Of a stretch of DNA of 64,000 nt, positions 24,234 to 34,528 are shown piece after piece (position 1 is the first letter of the stretch; the number at the start of each line of letters is the position of its first letter). The translations under genes and the position numbers were made by a program. The DNA comes from Antedon mediterranea (Eukaryota > Animalia > Echinodermata), in assembly GCF_964355755.1 (NCBI RefSeq), contig NC_092673.1, forward strand, positions 30,377,648 through 30,441,647, given 5' to 3'. Under the pieces are notes generated by a model. It was not told where the DNA came from and did no database searches. It was given only the letters and a program-made list of their open reading frames with translations.

Positions 24234-25676
24234 CTAGATGGTACGCTCGCTTCGCTCGCGTACCATCTAGGTCGTACCCACAGATGGTTCTCGAATACAT
24301 AACAATTTCAGCGTTAAAAAACTGGCGATTTCAAATGTACGTACCGCAGGACATGTCGTTTACAGGAACGAATAAATAGACACTGTGATTTATGTACTCA
24401 ACTAAAATTAGCACCCTGGGAATTACTTCCGAAAGAGAAACTTGTCACAAAATGAGACCAATTGTTTAAGTCAAATTTAAACAAACTTAATTTGTGTTTT
24501 GTATGTAACATTAGGGTTGAGGGATGGAGAAGAGGATGGGTACAAAGAGGAACAATTTTTAAATATATTCTTTATCCATTTAGTAACGAAATATTAATTG
24601 TTTTCATGTTTTACAAATAATATACCACTACCGGGACCACTACACACAGTAAAACATTGCGATTTAATACTTTGTTGAAACTATCACCGTCATAGTCGAT
24701 TGAAATAGTACAGTATGTATATGTTTATATAATATAAAACAATTTGTGAAAACCACCTCTATTCGGGGAAAATCAGGAATTCGATATAATCGTCAATAAA
24801 TATTAAATTATCTAACTCAACTTAATTAGTAGGCTTAATGGTTTTCAATTGTTTCTTAGAGCCAATTCATACTTAAGTTGGTTCCTAGCCTACCCACCAA
24901 AGTTGTTCTGCGTTTAGGGCATGTGATGTACCGTAGGCCCATCCTCTACTGGTTTTACAACGCTATTCATGCCAGTGAGGGAAGGGTGGTGATGTGGATG
25001 GTTTAACTGCAATAATAAAGATGTGTACATAATATACGGCGAGTGAAAACGCTAGCTCATTATCCGTTTAAAAAAATTTTATATCCAACCTCTGCAGCAC
25101 AGATTGAAATGGTTGGGTTGGTTGAAAAAAAAAATGGATCGAATTTCTGTTATGAGTATACAGTACTTGTCTTTACGACGCCTGAGGAAATAGAAACTTG
25201 TGGAACAGAGATTGGAATGTTCCATTCATCGCAAATCAATACATTTGTATAAACGTATATTAAATCTATCAAAATAGTATTTTTTAAAGAAAATCGGCCT
25301 GTCTTCAACATTATGATGCTGTACTCGATCTGTTCAACCGGTTTTCAGCCATTAAAAACAATTATCGTAGGAGGAGATAGGAAAATGCGAAGCATCCTCG
25401 TATTATTGTCTGCGGGTATTTTTCAAGACGGACATCCATTAGATAGTGTATACCACGATCGGGAAACACCCCTATTTGGGGAAAATCGTTGAACCTAAAT
25501 TCGTTTTAATCGTCAATAAATAATTATCTAACTTAATTTAATTAGTAAACAGGGTTACATCAGGTGGCTAAAATCAGTACCGAAAGTACGAACCAACTGT
25601 ATATACCATCGAGTAAAAATTCTAGAAGTAAAGCGCGATTTACCGAATTTTGCCCTTACGTAAATTTATATATAGA
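24234..25676 (-). mobile_element. Non-autonomous Helitron (copy 2)
   Basis: A|TC...CTAG|T termini on -, terminal hairpin ctagatggtacgc...gcgtaccatctag, homology to 2279-3624. Confidence 0.78.
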
Positions 25677-26336
25677 TGGACGTAAGTATAAAAATACGCC
25701 ACAAGTTGAAATACAAATTAGTTTCTTTATTCTTTATTATTATTTTTCTTTATTTCATACACTTCGATCCATCTTTATTATATAATGAAAGAAGAATATC
25801 GACTTATAAAAATATAGAATATAACCTCGAAATAGGTTTTGCATGCATTTCCTTACCTGGTTGAGCTATGCTCCGTACTTTCCCGTTATCTATAGGCTAT
25901 AAACACGTAGTCTTGTGAAAATAAAATGTAATTCAATTTAAATTTAAATACTAAATTAAAATATCGGTATATAATATTTTTCATTAACATTTTGACTGAA
26001 CAAACAAAACTAAATTTGTAAATAATGATTTGCTTCATAAAATTGTGTCCTTGGCAGACGGCACACAAGCTCAAATTATTATCCTCTGGTGCTCAATAAA
26101 ACAGTGTAAATTGTAATAACGCTGTAAATTTTATACGCAGGCCGAGTTTTCTTAAAACCAAATTAACCATTCATTTAAATGGTACCGTTATGTATTTATA
26201 TATAAGGGCTGAACTGACTGCATTTCGTATTTATTTGTTATAATTTTCTCCGCACAATTTTGGAGAACTACATAATAATTACAGTCATTGCTAGCTGAAT
26301 TCAATTCATATGTTGATTGAATCTTACTTTAAGAAA

Positions 26337-29300
26337 CTAACAGCAGTCTTCAATATCTCCTTCACATGGTATTGCAAGCTCAATCACAACTGACATTAAC
26401 GCTTCAATCACTGTATCTTCAGCCGTTGGTGGCTCCATGTTTTTCAAATCATCTACAATCTTTTGTATTTGATCAGCAGCTTTGTCTACATTACCCTCAC
26501 TCATGTTAATCGATGTTTCAACGATTGTCTTTATGTCCAATCCAATGGCAAATGCACTAAACGCCATTAGGCCAAAGTTTAATGGCATACCGGCTATTTT
26601 CAATGTAGCTGCACCGAATTCATCCAGACATCTTCCAACTAAACAAATTGTATACAGTATATTAACTCTATGCTCCTTCTTAACCAAAAACACCGGTGTT
26701 TCCACTAGGACGTAACGCCAAAGATTACTTAGCGGCGCTATACAATCTTTGGTAACGTAAGAATGTAACCGCAACGCAAGCGAGATGACTAATCACACGC
26801 GACTGTTCGAATAATGCATCAATTGAGATTGGTAAAATCACTTTGCGTTGCGTTACGCCCTTGCATTGCGTTACATCATTCACTTGCGTTACGTCATTGC
26901 GCTGCGTCCTAGTAGGAAGCAAGCTTTATAAGCTACAGTACAGGCCATACCTGATCGTCGTTTTTGTTTGAAAATTAAGCTGGTCGTCGCATGACACGTA
27001 GACTTACAAAACAGGATAATTCTATAGTGTTTAAACCGAGAGGTAAATACGAAACTTACCTGTTAATGCGGCAGTCTGTATGCCTAGTATTCCATCGATG
27101 GCCTTACCGCTATTGGTTATTATCTGGAATTCCTTTTGATGACCAAATTCACCAACTATAGAATGGAATATATTTAAAATATATGATGTGTTCAGTTCAA
27201 TTACAACAGTTGTTGCTAAACTCAGTGAATTATAGGCTATTGATCCTATCAAGGCAATCTAAGCTCGCTTTGTCAAAATATAGGAACTTGTAAAATTCCT
27301 TTGATCTTATGATTGGCTGCGACATATTCATACTACAGTCGTTAATTGTGACCATACGTTTTATGGTGTTTATTCTTATATATTTTGGTACTTTAAAAAG
27401 CCCGATGTGAATGATTTTTCTTACGAACATAAAGTTGTGAATCATCTAATTTTTAATGTAGTTTTCATCACAAAGACACAATAGATCGGATTTAACAGTA
27501 ATTTTAAATTGAAGTTATTTTGTGTCTTATATTAATTTTGCGTATTGTTAAACTTCATTTTGACAATGTTGCCAGTAACGTTAACATTCCCTAATCACTT
27601 TCTATACGTTACCGCATATTACCTAATTTTTGCTTTATATAAAAAAACTGTTCCTGAAGGTCTCAAGATGAGGAAAAGGAACAATGAAGTATCCTTTTGT
27701 AAAAAAAGAAGATCATAACCTTTTGAAACGATGCTTTTAACTGTACAAATAAACTGCAGGATTTTTTGTCCAATAACTGAAAAGTAATAAAAAATAACTG
27801 ATTAGAAGAAATAACAGAAACATTGCGGGTTTCAAGTTTAGACAATAATTGTGATACTGGTTCTATACTACTGTATTATACTATATTCCTCAGCACAAAT
27901 CGAGAAATTCCTTCTGAAAACACCAAATAATGAAATAATGTTGTGTTCATTGCACAAAATTCAGGTATCGATTTAATGAGAATTTTGTATATTGCATGAT
28001 ACATCAAAATTAAAATAATAATGCATTTTTTAGTATTTATAATACATACAGTAACCCAATGACAGAAGTTCACTTTTAGACCTTTCGATAATTTAAATTT
28101 TACATTATTTTTCTAGCTAAATTAAGACGTTTCGGAGTTTTCAGGGAAAAGTGTCAATTGTTAAAAGTATAGGGCTTATGATATTTTAAAATTAGCTTAC
28201 ATATGGCAACATTGACTCCATTTCCATCTTTCTTGAAAAAGGCCACGACCTTACCAATCTTCTGTGCAGTTTGTATGTAGATTTTAAGATCATTTTGGTA
28301 TCTCTCTCGAACTTTTTGCAGATTAGCAAACGTGATGTCATCTTCTTCTATCAGTTTATTGGCTTCTTCAGCTCCTTGACTTGATAATATTTCACCTGCA
28401 ATTGAGGCACCAGCTGTCGTAGCTCCACCCGCACCCGCCATAACACCTCCAGCTATCATTATCGGCGCTCCAAGACCAAGGGTTGCAATAGTAATTGCTA
28501 ATCCGATCCCGCTCAAAACACCACCAACGATCGCCACTGAGGAACCGGTTAGCTTGGCAATATTCGTTGATTTTTTTATGTCTCTGACTCTATAAACAAT
28601 CGCCTGCAGCTTGTCTATCAATGTATTCCGAGCCTTCTGCCACTGAGTTGATGCTTCTTCTAGTGCCAGTCGATCCTCCTCGTTGACCTTTAAACTATCT
28701 AAATATCGTGTTAACGACCTGGTCGTCTTGAATTTTATTTCCAAACTACTAAACAAGGTTTCAATCACTGGTATGACAGGAACCGCAACCTTGGTCAATA
28801 CAAACCTCATTCTTGAAGAGCAAATAACAACATCAAAACATTAATTTTTATCAGTAGGCCTACTGTATGAACAGAAAGGCAATCATAATTGGCTTAAATG
28901 TTAAAGAGTATAAATGAATGAATGAATCTTAAGATACAAACGTTTGAATTTCCAATTAGTTTCCCTGTATTTTATGTCAGTTAAAAATGTTATACTACGT
29001 TAGGTGTATACAGTACTTAAGTATACGCTTTACACGCCGACACAGGTGGACTACATACACTTTTCTGTGTCGGATCCAATATTGTGAATAAGGAGGAGAG
29101 GAAAAGCGGGTTTAACAAAAATACTTAATGTTATTTTCTTTTTCTGAAATTAAGAGGGAAAACGCAACTAACTTGAGATACATCTAATAAACATTAGGTC
29201 TACATAGTTGATTATCAGTAATATACATAATGTCATCATAGGCCTAATGGGTAATTTCCGGCTTATGTTTTGGACACAATTGTTTCAATGAGTATTGGAA

Positions 29301-29964
29301 ATTCCAGTGGTGATACAATTTGGGAAAATCCAACTTGTCATTAAAAAAAAATACACAACAGGAAATTTAATTTTCTAAGGAAGAACAATCATTAAAAACA
29401 TAGACTCAATTACTGTTAAGCAGGTTAAGTTGTCTAAATAAAATAATGTAATTTTTAAATCCGAATAATCTCATGTTTCACTTAGAATTATTATTACCGT
29501 TTATACTGTTTTGTTCTTTGCCAAAGAAGATTTAATCGCACACGCCCTTTGAGTCCCTTTATCACTAATTTTTGTTTTAAATCTTTAGTAAAAAATATCG
29601 GAAAATCATGATTTTATCTTAGTGCCTCCTACGCATACGATTTCACCATATAAACATACTTAATTGACATTGTATATGTCAACATACATACTTTGACAAG
29701 GGTAATATATTAAACAACTGTAACATGCTAAGCCTATTTATTTGAAATTGTATTATGATCTTACTTCCAAGAAAATGAGCCTTCCCCTGTTTGTTCTTTG
29801 AATATTGCAACCGTAAGCTCTCGTCCACTTGATTCTTTGATTTCTTCGGCGATGGTTAACCATGATTCGTTATCTTTTTCATCACCATTCAGTTCAATTG
29901 ATTGCTGAATACGCTTAATGGCAGAATCAGTAATGTTTTTAAGAATGACCTGTGAATTCTCCAT
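26337..29964 (-). CDS. APOL: Apolipoprotein L-like protein (~421 aa) with putative N-terminal Death-fold domain; exons 29765-29964, 28201-28811, 27720-27776, 27060-27155, 26337-26638
   Basis: All junctions GT-AG and in frame (200+611+57+96+302=1266 nt). ApoL-type hydrophobic hairpin NIAKLTGSSVAIVGGVLSGIGLAITIATLG...GGATTAGASIA and C-terminal AIGLDIKTIVETSINMSEGNVDKAADQIQKIVDDL. Non-coding exon 1 donor near 30471. Additional small exons at ~27.9-28.1 kb cannot be excluded. Confidence 0.8.
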
Positions 29965-30783
29965 ACTTGATTCCTGTAAAAATAATAGGAGACTGAAAGT
30001 GAATCATTTGTTGTACCGTTGAGTACAGTTTTCCCGTTGAATACTTATTTAAAAGAATATTTTGAGTGTTGAGATTGTTTTCTATCCGAATATTTTCTGT
30101 TGAGCAGAATCTTTTTACACGAATACAAAAAGCAATGAACGAATTATTATGTTGTCTACGAAAGTTCCCAATCAAATACAACAAATGTACATCGGCTTAA
30201 ATTAGGCTGACATCGAAAAAGGCAACTGCAATACACATTTGAAATATAAAATCATACAAATTGGATAAAAGTGGATTTTTCTGTGTCGTCAAACACACTA
30301 CGACCAGCTACTATGCTTTTATTACATATTTACCTAAAGCATAATTATGCTTGTGTTAAGTCATATAGCATAAAGAAAGATCATTTGAATAAATAATTTT
30401 TAAAACGATGCCTATTCAATAATAATAATTATATTATTATATTATAAATATTATAATTAATAATAACATACCCGTAAACACTGTATGAGGGTCTCCGAAT
30501 CTCACCTATATATTGCGTTGTTCTGGAGCAATTCAATGCTGACGATGTGATCTATGAGAACACAGCTGAAAAGTAAAAGCTAACAAATTGCAAGTAATAT
30601 AAACTACTGCAACTTTTGTCGTCGCCCTCGTCGCCCAAACACCTTCCAAGCCATCACTGCTTATCATGTTACTACAGTTTCTCTTTCAATATCATTACCG
30701 ATAAATGTTGACCAAAGTGGGGATTGACATGTAATTGAATCATGGAGGTATTATACCTCCATGATTGAATGTTATCCAACACA

Positions 30784-31238
30784 CAATACGGACTTTACGG
30801 GAAGCCCCAGGACGGTGTCCATGAATAATTTATGCATGAGCTTTAACAAAGGTGGGTGGAGCTTAGCGTGAAATTCCGTAGGACGATAAAAAAGTTGCCA
30901 TTTTCCCGTTTACGGAGAGCGACACATAAACGTGGAATTTTCAAAACTCTAAATAATATTTGAACTTCTAATTTAATTGTTTAATGAAATAACATTTTTA
31001 TTGGGTTAAAATGGCTGTGTTAAAATCAGCGTTTGAATACGAGGCTTAGAAGGCTAGGCCTATGCTGCATCACCAGATCCAAGCGATTCAAAAGGGGAGG
31101 GGAGACTGTCGGTCGTCGTCTTCGCGCAACGGTTCGAACTAGTAAAACGGCTATGTTGACTCTATATGATTTTACGCTCTTGCGAACACAGGATATTCGT
31201 CGTCCTCCCCAACCGTAGTGTTTCGTAAAGTCCCTATT
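30784..31238. mobile_element. Non-autonomous TIR DNA element
   Basis: Terminal inverted repeats caatacggactttacg / cgtaaagtccctattg. Confidence 0.5.
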
Positions 31239-31401
31239 GTTAATTTACAACGCTGTTTCATTCTTATTCTAAAGTTCTGATATTGTGTAAATAAAGTCAA
31301 GCAAATTGCCTTGAAAGAATGAATGAATGAATGAAAACAAAAATAATAGGCTACACTTTATCGTGATTAAAAGTAGCCTAAATAATAGAAATAATGAGTT
31401 A

Positions 31402-31556
31402 AGCTCTCTCTACACTATCAAACTAGTTTGACAAAAAAGTTTGATGTGCCCAAGTATGGTAGTGATATGCCCAAATATGGTAGTGATATGACATCATCAT
31501 GTCCATGCGCACATCACATATGTTTGTCACAAAGTTTGATAGTGTAGACAGAGATT
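31402..31556. mobile_element. MITE (related copy at ~45661-45810, fragment near 63650)
   Basis: TIR ctacactatcaaact / agtttgatagtgtag, flanked by TAA/TTA-like triplets. Confidence 0.6.
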
Positions 31557-31749
31557 TAATAATCTAGGCCTGCTTAATATATTTTTTATAGTTATGGTTA
31601 AACTTGTATCTTAAATTTGGAAAATTAAATTTCCTGTTTCGTAACTTTTAATGTGGAGTGGGATTTTCCCAAATGACATCACAGTTCGAGAGCACCAATT
31701 TGCAATACACGTCCGGCGGAAATATATTATTGCCCAGAACGTGGGCCGA

Positions 31750-32200
31750 AAAAACCAACGAAAAATCAATATATATTTCTAATACAAATATTTTTAAAAT
31801 AATGTTATATGGTATGTATATAAATATGTTTTTATAATTCAAAATCGATTTGTTTTGTCTATAGGGCTATTTCCCCATAATTTTTTGTTACCTGGACATT
31901 CAAAAAACATATGTTTTTCATCATCTAAGTCATCACAATTATTGCATTTGATAGTACTTTTAATATTCAACATACAATCAACTATTAGTAGGAATAGTGC
32001 GATTCAACAATTTATAATTAAATTGTGCGTATTTTGTTGTTTTTTCATTTGAACATTTGAACTGAAATGAACATGTTAATGAATATGTTAATATATCAAT
32101 ATTATAAAATGTCATTATGAAATAAATATATTTTAGTAATAAAAAAAAAGCCTCATCTAACATCTATCTAGTAGAATATATTCATTATTAAACTTTACTT
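31750..32200 (-). mobile_element. Degenerate 3' fragment of an L1/Tx1-type LINE
   Basis: Minus-strand peptides KYAQFNYKLLNRTIPTN and CNNCDDLDDEKHMFFECP match the zf-RVT region of the 6373-8568 ORF. Confidence 0.6.
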
Positions 32201-32612
32201 TTTTGCGAATATGTTTTTGTTAAATTTTGTTCACCAGTTAATAATAAACTGGTATTTGATATAGCGCATTATTCTAAAAGCCTCAATGCGCTTTACATAG
32301 ACAGAAAATTTAGAAAATTAAAAATTCAAAAGGTGGGTTTTGAGGAGAGATTTGAAGACACTGAAGTTGCCTGACGGATTTCAATAGGCAACGCATTTCA
32401 TAAGAGAAACGGATGCAGTTCATTGTGCAATTTGAGCACAAATATTTTGAATTAAAAAAATCGATCGCTTGTCTTCAGTTTAGGCTTATAAATGTAAATT
32501 ATGTCACCTTTTGGGTAATTTACAAGTTACAACTTACTTTTAAACAAACAATTTGTCAGATAATAATGTAAATGAAACAATTTTATTTTAAAGGATTTAT
32601 TGTTAAGCAATT

Positions 32613-33190
32613 CTAATAAGCACGAATGTGCGATACTCGGGGTACAGCAAAAGAAGCTGTAATGACGTCATAAGACCGGATGTAACGTCACATACACGTC
32701 AAATACGGCTATACGGTACCATCTTCGAAAGTTAAAAAAACAAGGTTTCGCCCGGGCTCGAACCGAGGACCTTCTGCGTGTTAAGCAGACGTGATAACCA
32801 CTACGCCAAGAAGCCGCATATAACTACATAACGCTGTGGTGTGTGTCACACATTGTGGCTTCTTAATTAAACAAATTAAACAGCAAAAGAAGCTGTAATG
32901 ACGTCATATGACCTGATGTGACGTCACAAACACATCAATAACCTCTACCAAATACGGCTATACGGTACGATCTTTGAGACATGATATGGCTGCATCCGGT
33001 TTGAAATTTAAAAATATGGCTCTATAGCTTTGAGGACATGTCCCTGTAGTATATTCATGCCAAATCCCAGCTCAATATTACAACGAATAAGGGAGGAGTA
33101 GTACTTTAAAAATTGCACTTTTTACTCAATAGTGTCCAGATGGAAGAGGAGAAAATGAGTAAGTCCTAGACTCGGGTACCCCGAGTAATA
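32613..33190 (-). mobile_element. Helentron-associated HINE-like element with internal direct repeats
   Basis: Subterminal inverted repeats tactcggggtac (32634-32645) / gtaccccgagta (33176-33187), terminal palindrome ctcgggtaccccgag, hairpin gcacgaatgtgc (32620-32631), ~80-90 bp direct repeats at 32645 and 32881. Confidence 0.6.
32743..32815 (-). tRNA. tRNA-Val(AAC)-like sequence, probably a pseudogene
   Basis: GGCTTCTTGGCGTAGTGGTTATCACGTCTGCTTAACACGCAGAAGGTCCTCGGTTCGAGCCCGGGCGAAACCT: intact anticodon arm (TCTGC-TTAACAC-GCAGA) and T arm, A and B boxes, downstream T7 run; two acceptor-stem mismatches and one D-stem mismatch. Confidence 0.65.
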
Positions 33191-33333
33191 ATAATAAAAA
33201 GTATACATACATTAATTAACATACATTGTATTACAGCAAGATGAAGACGTTATATATGTTTTAATGAAAAATTAACAAACTAAATTAATTACCGTACATG
33301 GGGAGGTGGTGGAGGGGCGGGTTGAATTATTTT

Positions 33334-33600
33334 TTTTTCCTATGCAATTAAGGCAGAAATCATGAATAATTCATTAGAATAATTATGACATAATATGGGA
33401 CATTATAGAGGGCACTATATAAGCATGCAGAGAGATTAAATAATGTGTGTAAACAGCGTTTGCCAACCGAAATGTTTAGTATAGTGGTAAAGGCTTTAAC
33501 CTATTAAACTGGAGCCCTCGATTCGAGGTCTTTCTTTAGAATAGAACATAATTAAAGTAATGAATTATTTATGATTTCTGCCTTAATTGCTTAGGGAAAA
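33334..33600. mobile_element. ~270-bp MITE with long TIRs (second, inverted copy at ~41975-42305)
   Basis: TIR ttcctatgcaattaaggcagaaatcatgaataattca / tgaattatttatgatttctgccttaattgcttagggaa; shared interior with the 42 kb copy. Confidence 0.65.
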
Positions 33601-34270
33601 AAAATAATGCGGGCGGAGTATTAGGGGTGGGGTTTTAGTCGATGACTGCCCCGAGCCTCATTACCACTACACAAAACATGGAAAAACTAATTTCTATACA
33701 TGATCTTTATATACAATACTTACCTACCCTTACTTATATAGGTCTACTAGAGGGCTTTCGAAATTACATAACAGCCCCGCGTTTTTGGCTCCATCCAGGC
33801 AACGCCAATTGGCGTTGCCTGTGTTTAACGGTTCACGGAAGTGTTCGCATGCATTTGCACGCTCGTTGCACTTCGCAAACTGCCGCGTCGCCTGTTTCGA
33901 AAGCACCCTATATTATATTTTGTGATTATTATGAATTCTTGATAAAGCTTGGTTTCCACGCAACGTAAAGTAATTTGACCAATCACGGCATGATGGATAA
34001 TCGGAATTGACACTTGTGATTGGTCAACTCACTTGCGACGATGTACCTCTATTATGATATAAATATCTCTATGCAGTGTAAGCAACAATCATCAAATGTT
34101 TAATATAATATACCTAGGCGAAATCGGCGATTTTCATCGCTTACACGGTTCATGAGTATAATCAGCAGTAATATAAACGGCAAACAAATTAATGCAATTT
34201 AATTTAAAAGAACGGTTAATTCAATGGGAATACAAACAATTATTCAATCATTTTTTCCCGAGTAGCTTGA

Positions 34271-34443
34271 TCACACGACGCATCCGTTTTCCAACATTTT
34301 GTTCTTAAATTTCTTGATTTTCCGACCTCTCTTATTTTCCTGTCCTCGTATTTTTATTGGCCACTTCTCGATATAGCTAGCACTATCTAGCAAATATTTC
34401 AATCTGTGAATGAAATGAAAAAAATCTTATATATATAATATAT

Positions 34444-34528
<85 letters not shown>

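Noticed and set aside
3512-25785. Similar ORFs 3512-3772 and 25564-25785
   Set aside because: Span the end of the Helitron copies and run into unrelated flanks.
27876-28116. Extra small exons in the intact ApoL gene
   Set aside because: Splice-like signals exist, but inclusion after the phase-1 donor at 28201 creates stops; left out pending cDNA.
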